Notes: generated by a model from the letters alone, not told the origin. Shown: positions 10,567-20,431, counted from the first letter of the stretch. The stretch: 64,000 nucleotides of DNA from Candidatus Eiseniibacteriota bacterium (GCA_963792585.1 CAWBWI010000001.1:704001-768000), one strand, 5' to 3'. Translations and numbers: made by a program.

Positions 10567-11448
10567 TTGGACCTCGACGAGACCGGCGCTGCAGGATCAC
10601 CTCCCCGGGGATCGGCAGGCGGAGGATCGGTTCCTTCGCCGGTCCCTGCGGGGCGTAGGATGCGCCCCTTCCTGGTTCCAGGCGCCCTCTTCCTGCTGAC
10701 CGTCATCACGACCACGCTCGCGAATGGTCCTTTCTACGCCGCCTGTCTGCTCGGGATCCTCGTCGTGCACGAGGGAGGTCACTACCTCATGTGCCGGCGG
10801 TATCACGTGCCGTCGACGCTTCCCTACTTCATTCCCCTCCCGCCGATGATCTCGTTTCTCGGGACTCTCGGCGCCGTGATTCGCATGCGTCTGATGACGG
10901 GGGATCGGAAGATCCTCTACGACATCGGCATCGCCGGCCCCCTGGCGGGCCTCTGCGTCGCGGTTCCGGTGAGTTGCTGGGGGCTCGCGCACTCCAGGCT
11001 CGTGACGAAGCCCCCCCCGGGAACTTCGATCGAGCTGGGCGACTCGTTGCTCTTCCATTTCCTTCAACGCGTCTTCTTCGGCCCTGTGGGGCCTGGACAG
11101 GATCTGCTGCTCCATCCGGTCGCTCTGGCGGGATGGGCGGGCCTGTTCGTCACTGGGCTCAACCTGATCCCCGTCGGGATGCTCGACGGCGGACACGTCG
11201 TCTACGGTCTGCTGGGGCGCAAGGCTCTCTGGGTGAACATCGCCGCGATGGCGGGAATCGCGGTGCTCGGCGTGACCTTCTTCCCATTCTGGCTAGGATG
11301 GTTCGTGCTGCTCCTGATCATCGGCATCCGTCATCCGGCCTCCGCGCTCCCCAGCGGGACCATCGACCGTCGAAGGCTGCTGCTGGGGGTGGCCACGCTC
11401 GTTCTCTTCGCCCTCTGCTTCGTGCCTCGTCCCGTCCGCATTCCATGA
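10567..11448 (+). CDS. Site-2 protease (peptidase M50)
   Basis: HEGGH, GIAGPLAG, NLIPVGMLDGGH; start TTG 10567 (or ATG 10660). Confidence 0.9.
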   Translation: MDLDETGAAGSPPRGSAGGGSVPSPVPAGRRMRPFLVPGALFLLTVITTTLANGPFYAACLLGILVVHEGGHYLMCRRYHVPSTLPYFIPLPPMISFLGTLGAVIRMRLMTGDRKILYDIGIAGPLAGLCVAVPVSCWGLAHSRLVTKPPPGTSIELGDSLLFHFLQRVFFGPVGPGQDLLLHPVALAGWAGLFVTGLNLIPVGMLDGGHVVYGLLGRKALWVNIAAMAGIAVLGVTFFPFWLGWFVLLLIIGIRHPASALPSGTIDRRRLLLGVATLVLFALCFVPRPVRIP

Positions 11449-12527
11449 GCGCTCCCGAGACGGCTCTGCTGGTCCTGCATCGAGGCGCCCGCGCCGGCAC
11501 GGAGTTCCATGCGCTCTGGCTGGCCCAGGGACTCCGGAAGCGCGGATGGGATGTGGCCCTCGCCGTGTCGGAGGATGGTCCGATCCTCGACCTCTTTCGG
11601 GATGCGAGTGTGAGCGTCCACAGGATCCCGCGCCGACGCGGGATGGACTTCGTCTACATCGCATCCCTGGCGAGGCTCGCCGCGCGGCTTGGGGCCGAGG
11701 TCATGCACGCGCACAGCGGGCGACTGCCGATGCTCGCCGCGAGACTGGCGGGCGTTCCCGCGCGGATCGAAACGCGTCACGGCCTCGGAGCGCCCGAGGA
11801 TTCTGTTTCGCCCGGGCGTGCCCGTGCCGAGGCGCGACGCTGCCGAATGGCACAGATGACGATCACGGTGAGCCGGGTCGATCGAGAACGTCTCATTGCG
11901 GGCGGTCTCGAACCGGAGCGGATCCGATGCATCCCGAACGGGATCCCCTCCGCCAGCGTCGGCCGCGGCGTTGCGATCCCAGGGATGGTGCGGCTCGGAT
12001 TTCTCGGGCGATTGACCGAACAGAAGGATCCGTTGTTCCTGATCCCGCTGGCCGGCGAGTTGGACCGCCGTCTTCCCGGACGCTGGAGCCTTGCGATCGC
12101 AGGCGACGGTCCGCTGCGTGCCCGGTTGGAGGCGGGGTTCCGGTCTCCAAACGTGCAGTTTCTGGGGGAGATCCCCGGGCCCGCGTCGCTGTTCGCACAG
12201 ATCGACATCCTCTGTGTCCCTTCGGCATGGGAGGGTCAACCGCTCGGGGTCCTCGAAGCGATGGCTGCGGGGGTTCTAGTCGTCGCCCGGGACATCCCAA
12301 CGCTCAAGGAACTGCTCGGCGGCCCGCCCGGGGCGGGCGTGGTCCTGCCAGGAGACCCCAAGGCATGGGCCGATGAGATCATCTCACTCTCCACGGACCT
12401 CGCCCGACAGGAGATGCTTCAGGGCAATGCGCGCGCGCGGATCCTCGACGAGCATGGACTCGATCGGATGATCGAGCGGATCGAGTCCGCCTATCGGGAT
12501 GCCCTGGCCGCGGCGGGTCGCGGCTGA
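11445..12527 (+). CDS. Glycosyltransferase family 4
   Basis: MHAHS, IPNGI, GRLTEQK, PSAWEGQPLGVLEAMAAG; ATGA overlap with upstream stop. Confidence 0.9.
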   Translation: MSAPETALLVLHRGARAGTEFHALWLAQGLRKRGWDVALAVSEDGPILDLFRDASVSVHRIPRRRGMDFVYIASLARLAARLGAEVMHAHSGRLPMLAARLAGVPARIETRHGLGAPEDSVSPGRARAEARRCRMAQMTITVSRVDRERLIAGGLEPERIRCIPNGIPSASVGRGVAIPGMVRLGFLGRLTEQKDPLFLIPLAGELDRRLPGRWSLAIAGDGPLRARLEAGFRSPNVQFLGEIPGPASLFAQIDILCVPSAWEGQPLGVLEAMAAGVLVVARDIPTLKELLGGPPGAGVVLPGDPKAWADEIISLSTDLARQEMLQGNARARILDEHGLDRMIERIESAYRDALAAAGRG

Positions 12528-12542
12528 TACGATCGCGCGGGT

Positions 12543-13244
12543 GTGGATCGTCTGGAGGAGCGGATGAAGGTCAGTGTCATCATGCCCGTTTACAACGAGC
12601 TCAAGACGATCGATGAGATCGTTCAGCGGGTTCTTGCCGTTCCCGTCGATCTCGAGCTCCTGATCGTCAATGACGCCTCGACCGATGGGACGGGGGAGGC
12701 GCTGGCGGCGATGCGCGACCCGCGGATCCGGCTCCTAACGCACGAGCGGAATCGCGGGAAGGGCGCGGCGATCCGCACCGCCATTCCCGAGGCGACGGGG
12801 GATGTGATCGTCATCCAGGATGGTGACCTCGAGTACGACCCCGCGCAGATCCCCACACTGCTCGGTCCGATCGAGCGGGGCCTTGCGGACGTCGTCTACG
12901 GCTCCCGCTTTCTTGGGGGACCTCATCGGGCGCACCTCTTCTGGCACCATGTCGCCAATCAGTTCCTGACGGGATTCTCCAACTTCCTCAACAACCTGAA
13001 CCTCACCGACATGGAGACCTGCTACAAGTGCTTCCGGCGCGAGATGCTGCAATCGCTTCGGCTCCGCTCGGATCGCTTCGGATTCGAGCCCGAGGTGACC
13101 GCGAAACTCGCCCGCCGCCGCGCGCGCTTCTACGAGGTTCCGATCAGCTACTTCGGGCGCGACTATTCCGAGGGAAAAAAGATCCGCTGGACCGATGGTG
13201 TCGCCGCCATCGCCGCCGTTGTTCGTTTCCGGTTTTTCGACTAG
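12543..13244 (+). CDS. Glycosyltransferase family 2 (DPM1-like)
   Basis: SVIMPVYNE, VNDASTDG, NRGKGAA, QDGDLEY, YGSRF, DMETCYK. Confidence 0.92.
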   Translation: MDRLEERMKVSVIMPVYNELKTIDEIVQRVLAVPVDLELLIVNDASTDGTGEALAAMRDPRIRLLTHERNRGKGAAIRTAIPEATGDVIVIQDGDLEYDPAQIPTLLGPIERGLADVVYGSRFLGGPHRAHLFWHHVANQFLTGFSNFLNNLNLTDMETCYKCFRREMLQSLRLRSDRFGFEPEVTAKLARRRARFYEVPISYFGRDYSEGKKIRWTDGVAAIAAVVRFRFFD

Positions 13245-13290
13245 TGTCCCGCTACCGACCGGTTCCTGCGACATAGCGTGTAACCAAGAC

Positions 13291-13319
13291 TTGACACATT
13301 CTAGACATCCGTCTATTCT
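13291..13319 (+). promoter_or_regulatory. sigma-70-like promoter of the FG-GAP/kinase/EBP operon
   Basis: TTGACA-N17-TATTCT. Confidence 0.65.
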
Positions 13320-13372
13320 GTTCTCGCAACAGCTTTCGGGGCAAAGGATCCGCGCCCCCGGGAATTTCGTGT

Positions 13373-15088
13373 TTGACCAGGAGGTCTCGCGTGTCTCGAC
13401 TTGCGCCGTTTGGCTTGCTCTGCACCCTGCTCGCCCTCGCTTCCTCCTCCATCGCCGTGATTCCGCTACCGACCACTCCCGACTGGGAGTCGACGCCGAA
13501 CGGCCAGTATGGGACCGGTCTCGGCGTCGGCGACCTGAACGGGGACGGGTGGGTCGACCTGGTCGTCGCCAACGGAAACGACATGGCCCGGCAGCGCGTC
13601 ACCGTCTATCTGAATAGCGGGGCCGGGAGCTATCCGGTCGCCCCGAACTGGTCGTCCGCGGATATCGACTATCACGGGCACCTGGACCTCGCCGATGTCG
13701 ACGGGGACGGATTCCTCGACTGCGCCGTCGCCGTCTATCTCGGTGCGGGAGGGTTCGGCACGAAGGGAAGAGTCAAACTCTACCGAGGAGCGGGAGACGG
13801 CACCTTCAGCGCCAATCCCGTCTGGCAGTCAGCGGACACATTCTATTGTTTCTCCCTGGCGTTCGGGGACATCAACATGGACGGTCGTCCGGACCTCGCC
13901 TGCGCAACCGGCGACGACTACAACAACAACGCGGAGAGGCGACGCGTCTACAGGAACCTTGGCGCGACGTTGGAAACCAGTCCTTCCTGGATGTCGACCG
14001 AGAACGAATACTCGCTCGACGCCACCTGGGCCGACTTCAACAATGACGGCTACCTCGATCTCGCATTCGCCGGGACCTCGTGTCCGAACAGAATCTACTT
14101 CTCCCAGGGGGGGATCCTCCAAACGACGGCGGGCTGGAGTTCCTCGGACGCCTCGATCTACGCCAATACGGCTGCCACAGGAGACGTAGACGGCGACGGT
14201 TGGACCGACCTTGCGATCGCCGACAACAACCAGCTCGGCGGATCCGGTCGTTTCAAGTTGTACCGAAACCAAGGCAACGGAACGCTTGCCACCCAGCCGA
14301 CATGGCAATCGGTCCAGGCGGGCTACGGATCTCAGGTCTCTCTGATCGATGTCGACGAGGATGGTGATCTCGACCTGTCCACGGGGATGTGGTGGGGCCC
14401 GGTCCGGATCTACGAGAACCAGGGTGGGACCCTCACCGTGAACCCCACCTACAGCTCGGCGACGAGTTCCGTGATCGAAAACGAGGTGTGGGAGGATGTC
14501 GACAACGACGGTCTGCAGCGCGGCCTCGGCGCCAGCTGGACGGGGGACGGGACCCGCAAGCTCTTCTACTTCCCGACTCGACCGGTCCGACAAGTCCTGT
14601 CGATGACCGTCGGGGATCTCAGCGTGCCGGTATCGAGCCTTCTACTCGACGCGGACGACGCCTGGGTTGTGCTGCCATCCGCCCCGTCGACAGGCGCCGT
14701 CGTTCGCGCATCCTATGTCAGCTCCGCGGATGTGGATCTCGCCCTCTCGAACTGGGACACCAGTGAGGGAGAGTATCTCTTCCGCAATCTCCGCAATCCC
14801 TCGGCCACCCCCGAGCCGCTCGCGGGCGCGATCCGTCTGATCCTCTCGCCGAACCCCTCGCGGGGCACACTCCGTCTCCGTCTCGAAGACCAGAACTCCG
14901 CCGCGCCGGGAGAGATTGAGATCTTCGATCCGGCCGGCCGCCGGGTCCGTGTCCTGGCGGGGATGTCGACGGAAGGCGTGTGGGATGGGCGGGACGCATC
15001 CGGTAGATCCGTTCCAAGCGGCGTCTACTTCATCCGCTGGACGCGGGGTTCCGGTGCCTCGGTTACCGGACAAGTGATCCGCGAATGA
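13373..15088 (+). CDS. Secreted FG-GAP (VCBS-like) repeat protein with C-terminal FlgD-Ig/T9SS-like domain
   Basis: Signal peptide; repeated DLNGDGWVDL, DVDGDGFLDC, DINMDGRPDL, DFNNDGYLDL, DVDGDGWTDL; tail PNPS..IFDPAGRRV..WDGRDASG..VPSGVYF. Confidence 0.88.
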   Translation: MTRRSRVSRLAPFGLLCTLLALASSSIAVIPLPTTPDWESTPNGQYGTGLGVGDLNGDGWVDLVVANGNDMARQRVTVYLNSGAGSYPVAPNWSSADIDYHGHLDLADVDGDGFLDCAVAVYLGAGGFGTKGRVKLYRGAGDGTFSANPVWQSADTFYCFSLAFGDINMDGRPDLACATGDDYNNNAERRRVYRNLGATLETSPSWMSTENEYSLDATWADFNNDGYLDLAFAGTSCPNRIYFSQGGILQTTAGWSSSDASIYANTAATGDVDGDGWTDLAIADNNQLGGSGRFKLYRNQGNGTLATQPTWQSVQAGYGSQVSLIDVDEDGDLDLSTGMWWGPVRIYENQGGTLTVNPTYSSATSSVIENEVWEDVDNDGLQRGLGASWTGDGTRKLFYFPTRPVRQVLSMTVGDLSVPVSSLLLDADDAWVVLPSAPSTGAVVRASYVSSADVDLALSNWDTSEGEYLFRNLRNPSATPEPLAGAIRLILSPNPSRGTLRLRLEDQNSAAPGEIEIFDPAGRRVRVLAGMSTEGVWDGRDASGRSVPSGVYFIRWTRGSGASVTGQVIRE

Positions 15089-18000
15089 GCACGCGCACGC
15101 CAGGGCGGACCGAGAAGCGTTGGGGTCCGTTCGATTGCATCGCCCTGGTCCACCAGGCTCTGGATCGCGGTCTGTGGCAGGTCCGGAATGCTCGCAATGG
15201 TCACACGGAGATCCTGAAGCTTGCCCCGCCCGAGGCATCGGAGGAGGCTCGGCGCGCCCTCGCGGAGGAATTCCTACTCCTGGACCGGATCCATCACCCA
15301 CACTGGGTGCGACCCATCGGCTTTATTCACCTCGACGACGGCTCGAGCGGATATCGGATGGAGGACGCGGGGACACCCGTGTCCGAAGGCGCCGGCGATG
15401 GTTGGCTTCCTCGAGATCTCGGCGCCGTGCGTGAGTTGCTGGGTGCTCTGGCCTGTCTGCATGCGCTCGGTTACGTCCACCTCGACATCAAGCCGTCCCA
15501 ACTCCTGCAAAGCCCCGGCGGAGTGAAGCTGATCGATCCGGGTCTAGCCGCGGTGGAAGGATCCGCACTGGCGGCGAGGGGAACGTGGGGCTTCATCGCA
15601 CCCGAGGTTCTGCGCGACGCTCCTTGGGATCGACGCGCCGATTTCTACGCGCTCGGCTGCGTTCTCGTGGAGATCTGGACAGGAGAGAATCCACTCGGTG
15701 AGGGGGAGATCGCCGAGCAACTTCGCAGACAGCGAAGCCGACCCCGTCTGCGCCTGCGTGAGAGAGTGTCCGACGTTCCCGAGGGGCTCGATCGAGTCGT
15801 CGAGGCGCTGCTCGATCCAGACCCGGAGCGACGACCTCGAACGGCGCGCGAGGTCTGGACCTCATTGCACACCATGGCGGCCTACCGAGAGGGATACGCC
15901 GAGCGCAGGCGACTGCCCCAGCCACTCGACCTGCCGTTCCTGGGGGTGGAGGCGGTCGAGGCGGCCTGGGATCGCGCCCTGGAGGGCGGCGGGCCGGAGC
16001 GCTGGGTCATCACCGGACCCATCGGAAGCGGCAGGCGCCGATTGCTCGAGCGCCTGAGTGCGCGGTCCGAAGTGGCCGGGTTCTCTTGCGAGTCGCGGCC
16101 CGATGCGTTCATGGCCGTGCGCAAGGACCCATCGAGCGGCGCCTTGAGGGAGGTGCAGTGCCGCGTCGGGAAGCCCTCGCGGGGCGAGGAACGAATCGAG
16201 TTGGGCGCAGTCGGGGACCGCGCGGCCGCCGCCGCCCTCGAGGCGTACGGCCTCGAGGCCGAGGGGGACGAGGCGACTTGGACGCGCGTCCTGCTTCGAC
16301 TCCGTCTCCTGGAGCGCCTGGGAGCGGAGGCGGAGCGACGCAGGAGTGGCCGCGAGCGACGCGCCGTCGCGACTGCGGTTGGGGGCGCGATCGAGGACGC
16401 GGACCGCCTGCGACTGGGGAGATTGCTCGCCCGCGATGTCTCGGATCCACCTCTTCACGGCGCCTCGGGAGAGGCTCTCGTCAAGTGCGGCCTGGCCCGT
16501 GTGGATTCCGCGGGGAATCTCCAGGCAGCCTGCCCTCCTTGGGAGGAGATGTCGCTCGCCGTCGTGGTTGGCGAGGAGGCGCTGGCCGAGGCCCACCGCG
16601 CCTTCTTGGAGGAGGCCGGAGGCCGCCTCATCGCAGGGGCAGTTCATGCGCTCGGCTGCGGGGATACGGCGACGACACTCACCCAAGTGCTTCCCGCAGT
16701 GGCGCAGCTTCGGGAAGAAGGCGACCTCGGTCGCGCATTCGAACTCCTCGCCCGTTCGCGCGACCTGCTCGCGGCGGACTGGCCCGCCTCGTGGGCGATC
16801 GAGCATGCGTCCATTGCGCTGGAGGACGGGACGCCCGCTCGTGTGATGTCCCTCCTGGGACCGACGGGTCCCGCGCTTCCCGACGCGTGGCGGATGCTTC
16901 TCGAAGCCCATCTGCAGTACCGCTCCGGGCGACGGAGGGAAGCAATCGCCGCCGCGCGGGCGGCGCAGGAACGAACCGGCGATACCCGGATCGCGCGCGC
17001 AGCGGAGATGATCGTAATCCGCTCCCAGAACGCGCTCGGTGAGACGGAGGATGCGGAGGCGGGCGCGAGGAAGCTCCTCGAGCAAACGGCTCCTGATGCG
17101 CCGTTGATCGAACGTCTCCGTCCTGCTGCGCTGTTGTTGAGCATCCTCTCCTCCCATGGAGCATCCGAGGAGGCATGTGCCCCGCTGCGAGACCTGTGCG
17201 CAAGAAACCTGACCAGAGTAGGCGCGCGGGAACGGCACGAAGTCGCGGCCTCGCTCGGAACAGAGGCGTTCCAGCGGGGCGATTTCGCTGCGGCCGGGAC
17301 ATTCATGGAGATCGCCGTAGAGGCGGCTGCAAGCTGCCACGATCCAGCGAACCTGGCCATCGGCCAGATGAACCTGGCCGGAGTCTATTTCGAAGAAGGG
17401 CGCACGGCGGAATGCGAGGACCTGAATGGTCAGGCCTTGCGGGCCTGCGTGGCGGTTGGGATGGAAGTCCAGGCGGCTTACGCTCAGCGCAATCTCGGGA
17501 CAGTGATGCTCGCAACCGGACGGTTGGGGGAGGCACTGAATCTCTGCAGGAAGGCGCGGGAAGTACTCGGGGCAAATCCGGCGTCTCCGAATGCCCTCGC
17601 TGCTCTCGCCGTAGAGAGCGAGACCCTATTGGAAGCAGGGCTGTATGAATCTTCTCGAAGATCCCTTGGCGAGGCCATTGACCTCCTGGCAGCAAACCCG
17701 ATCCCGATGATCGCCACGGTCATCTGGCGCGACATGGCGCGCCTCGAGCGATGGACGGGTCAACTCGATAGGTCCGCAGACCTGCTGGATGAAGCAAGGC
17801 GCCAAGCGCGCGAATGCGGCGCCTCGGACGACGAAGCCAGGGCGCTCATCGAGATGGCAGCATTGCGCATCGCAGGTGGAGACTTGTGCGGGGGCGCGAG
17901 GTTTCTCGATGAAGCCGCCCCGATCGTCCGGGCTTCGACGAGCCTCGAGTTGGCCCTCCGTTTCGATTTCGCGCGTGCGATGCACTGCCGGGATGAGAAC

Positions 18001-18318
18001 GCCCAGGCCGCCGAATTGCTCGCCGCAGCGACCGCGCGGGCGGCGCGGGCCCATCTCGCCGGATGGCTCTGGCGCTGTTACGCGGCCGATGCGGGGATCG
18101 CGCGGTCCGCTGGGGACGGTGACCGTGTGCTTCGCTCCATCTATGCGGCCCGCCGAACGCTCCTCGACCTGCTGGACGGCATCGGGCCGGAGGCGATGCG
18201 GGAATCATACGTAATGCTTTGCGACAGCCGCCTGTTCCTCGCTTGGTGCGATGGGGATACGGGCACACGTGAGGAGCTCCCCCGCGGGGGCTCCGATTTG
18301 GAGGTATTTCTGCAATGA
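15085..18318 (+). CDS. Ser/Thr kinase-like domain, degenerate NTPase and TPR-like helical repeats
   Basis: VHLDIKPSQ, KLIDPGLA, GTWGFIAPE, ADFYALG; GPIGSGRR P-loop remnant; C-terminal A/L-rich repeats (NLAGVYF, NLGTVML). Confidence 0.8.
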   Translation: MSTRTPGRTEKRWGPFDCIALVHQALDRGLWQVRNARNGHTEILKLAPPEASEEARRALAEEFLLLDRIHHPHWVRPIGFIHLDDGSSGYRMEDAGTPVSEGAGDGWLPRDLGAVRELLGALACLHALGYVHLDIKPSQLLQSPGGVKLIDPGLAAVEGSALAARGTWGFIAPEVLRDAPWDRRADFYALGCVLVEIWTGENPLGEGEIAEQLRRQRSRPRLRLRERVSDVPEGLDRVVEALLDPDPERRPRTAREVWTSLHTMAAYREGYAERRRLPQPLDLPFLGVEAVEAAWDRALEGGGPERWVITGPIGSGRRRLLERLSARSEVAGFSCESRPDAFMAVRKDPSSGALREVQCRVGKPSRGEERIELGAVGDRAAAAALEAYGLEAEGDEATWTRVLLRLRLLERLGAEAERRRSGRERRAVATAVGGAIEDADRLRLGRLLARDVSDPPLHGASGEALVKCGLARVDSAGNLQAACPPWEEMSLAVVVGEEALAEAHRAFLEEAGGRLIAGAVHALGCGDTATTLTQVLPAVAQLREEGDLGRAFELLARSRDLLAADWPASWAIEHASIALEDGTPARVMSLLGPTGPALPDAWRMLLEAHLQYRSGRRREAIAAARAAQERTGDTRIARAAEMIVIRSQNALGETEDAEAGARKLLEQTAPDAPLIERLRPAALLLSILSSHGASEEACAPLRDLCARNLTRVGARERHEVAASLGTEAFQRGDFAAAGTFMEIAVEAAASCHDPANLAIGQMNLAGVYFEEGRTAECEDLNGQALRACVAVGMEVQAAYAQRNLGTVMLATGRLGEALNLCRKAREVLGANPASPNALAALAVESETLLEAGLYESSRRSLGEAIDLLAANPIPMIATVIWRDMARLERWTGQLDRSADLLDEARRQARECGASDDEARALIEMAALRIAGGDLCGGARFLDEAAPIVRASTSLELALRFDFARAMHCRDENAQAAELLAAATARAARAHLAGWLWRCYAADAGIARSAGDGDRVLRSIYAARRTLLDLLDGIGPEAMRESYVMLCDSRLFLAWCDGDTGTREELPRGGSDLEVFLQ

Positions 18319-20042
18319 ACATTGAACCCGAGCCGGCGAGAGGATTACCGGATATCGATGGGGCCGATGAGCGCGGAGAGCAGAGGACGACGGCCCGACG
18401 GCAGCTGGACGGCCTCAACCGCGGCATGACCCTGGAGGAGAGGATTACTCTCCTCGCCCAGCAAGAGGAGTCGCGCAAGGAGTTGGAGCGGCTTGACCGT
18501 CTTGTCCAGGCGTACCACCGACTGGCGGCCGGTTCCCGAGCGCTCACCTCGATCCTGGACCTCGATGCCCTCTTGGCAGCGATCCTCAAGGAGGTCGTCA
18601 ACCTCACGAAAGTCGATCGCAGCTTCCTCCTGCTCGCCGATGCATCGGGCACGCTTCGGATCGAGAAAGGGTACGACAGGCAGTTGGGCGCCCTCGAGGC
18701 AGATGCCGTCAATTTGGTGAGCATGTCCACGGCAAGACGCTGCCTCACGGAATCGAAGCAGCTTTGGATCCACCACCCGCTGCAGCTGCCCGAGTTCCGC
18801 ATGCAGGGGAGCATCGCCGAACTCAAGCTGTCCGAGATCCTGTGCGCCCCGCTGGAGACTGCCGGCGGTCCGATCGGCGTTCTCTACCTTGACAGCCGGC
18901 GCGCCGACAGCCTCGTGCCGCCCGAGGAACGTGAAGTCCTGGGGGCGTTCGCGGCGCAGGCGGCCATCGCACTCGAGAATGCGAGACTTCACCGGGAGCT
19001 CATGGAGGCGCGAGCGGGCCTTGAACGCGAGAACCGAGACCTTCGGAGGACGGTTCCCGGCGCGACAGGAGTCGGGGCCATCCTGGGTCACAGCCGTGCA
19101 ATCGAAGAACTCCGCGACCGGATCGGCCTGGTGCAGGAGTCTCACTTCCCGGTCATGATCTTGGGTGAAACCGGAACGGGAAAGGACCTTGTTGCAAGGG
19201 CGATTCACAGCGGCGGCCTTCGGGCGGCGGCGCCGTTCTTGGCGGTTCATTGCGGGGCCCTCCCCGGAGAGCTGCTGGAGAGCGAGATGTTCGGCCACAA
19301 GAAAGGGTCCTTCACCGGGGCGCTCCAGGACAAGCAAGGCGTATTCGAGGCCGCGGACGGCGGCAGCCTCTTCCTCGACGAGATCGGGGAAATGCCGATG
19401 CAACTCCAGGTCAAGCTCCTGCGCGCCCTCGAGGACGGAGAGATCCGCAGAGTCGGAGAGAACCTTCCTCGGAAAGTCGACGTGCGGATCATCTCCGCGA
19501 CGAACCGCGATGTCGATGCGATGATCGCCGACAGCACTTTTCGCGACGACCTCTACTACAGGCTCAGGGTCGTCACCCTGCTGACTCCGCCCCTGCGGGA
19601 GCAGAAGGAGGACATCCTGTCTCTCGCCGAGCATTTCCTGCGCAGTTTGCTCGACGCCATCAACCGCCCCTACGCCGGGTTCACTCCGGCTGCCGCTCGG
19701 TTCCTCTTGGAACATCCGTGGCCCGGCAATGTCCGGGAGCTGCGAAACATGATCGAGGGCGCCTCCGTGTTCCTGAAGCCGGGTTCCCCGATGGACGCGG
19801 CGGACCTACAGCTCGCGGCCGGTGGCAGGCGGAATCCTACTCGGGCATCCGCGGTCCCTGCCGCAGGGGAGTCGAGCCTCCGCGACTTCCGCCAGGAAGC
19901 CGAAAGGCAGCTCGTGGTGGAGTCCTTGGAACGATCGAATTGGAACGTGAGTCGTGCCGCGAAGGACCTGGGGATCTCGCGCCAGCACCTTCACAACCGG
20001 ATCCGCTATTACGAGCTGGAGCGGCCGGAACGCCACGAGTAA
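18315..20042 (+). CDS. GAF-domain sigma-54 enhancer-binding protein (NifA/FhlA-like) with Fis HTH
   Basis: GAF (IGVLYLDS..AAIALENA), GETGTGK, ESEMFGHKKGSFTGA, FLDEIGE, FRDDLYYRL, WPGNVREL, NVSRAAKDLGISR. Confidence 0.95.
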   Translation: MNIEPEPARGLPDIDGADERGEQRTTARRQLDGLNRGMTLEERITLLAQQEESRKELERLDRLVQAYHRLAAGSRALTSILDLDALLAAILKEVVNLTKVDRSFLLLADASGTLRIEKGYDRQLGALEADAVNLVSMSTARRCLTESKQLWIHHPLQLPEFRMQGSIAELKLSEILCAPLETAGGPIGVLYLDSRRADSLVPPEEREVLGAFAAQAAIALENARLHRELMEARAGLERENRDLRRTVPGATGVGAILGHSRAIEELRDRIGLVQESHFPVMILGETGTGKDLVARAIHSGGLRAAAPFLAVHCGALPGELLESEMFGHKKGSFTGALQDKQGVFEAADGGSLFLDEIGEMPMQLQVKLLRALEDGEIRRVGENLPRKVDVRIISATNRDVDAMIADSTFRDDLYYRLRVVTLLTPPLREQKEDILSLAEHFLRSLLDAINRPYAGFTPAAARFLLEHPWPGNVRELRNMIEGASVFLKPGSPMDAADLQLAAGGRRNPTRASAVPAAGESSLRDFRQEAERQLVVESLERSNWNVSRAAKDLGISRQHLHNRIRYYELERPERHE

Positions 20043-20075
20043 GTGTCACTGTAATACGACAGTGACACTTGACAC
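20041..20075. promoter_or_regulatory. Palindrome, candidate enhancer (UAS) for the adjacent EBP
   Basis: Perfect 12-bp arms AAGTGTCACTGT-AATACG-ACAGTGACACTT plus an extra TGACAC; no U-tract; about 200 bp upstream of a -24/-12 promoter. Confidence 0.55.
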
Positions 20076-20267
20076 TGTCGCGGGATGCCAACTCCTTATC
20101 ATATAAACGGTTGCCAGCAACAGCCACCGCGGAGTGTAAACAGCCGACTTCTCGCTGCGCAAACTGCCGCCACGGCGCTTCCGCTGCATCCCGCCGAGGA
20201 GCTTCGTAACAATAAACATTGTAGCTAGTTACGGGTTCGCATATTTCCTAACAGCCTTAGGGGAATT

Positions 20268-20283
20268 TGGCACGCCCCCTGCT
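20268..20283 (+). promoter_or_regulatory. sigma-54 (-24/-12) promoter 1
   Basis: TGGCACGCCCCCTGCT versus consensus TGGCACG-N4-TTGCW; GG-N10-GC spacing exact. Confidence 0.75.
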
Positions 20284-20359
20284 CTACAGGAGGTCGGATG
20301 CGCGGAATGCGCATCTGAAGTGAGGCAAAGGCCTCGTGTCCAGGAAGGGGGTGAGTAGG

Positions 20360-20431
20360 ATGTTCGTAGGTGGTCTCGTGATCAGCTTCTTCTGGTTCCT
20401 TGCTCTGGCCATGGGCCGGGCTGGCTGGTAG
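20360..20431 (+). CDS. Putative 23-aa hydrophobic peptide MFVGGLVISFFWFLALAMGRAGW
   Basis: ATG preceded by purine-rich AGGAAGGGGGTGAGTAGG, about 75 nt after sigma-54 promoter 1; below the ORF-track cutoff. Confidence 0.55.
   Translation: MFVGGLVISFFWFLALAMGRAGW

Noticed and set aside
20298..20318. Mini-ORF MRGMRI after GGAGG
   Set aside because: Its RBS overlaps the predicted sigma-54 start site and the sequence is better explained as a GATGCGC/GCGCATC hairpin
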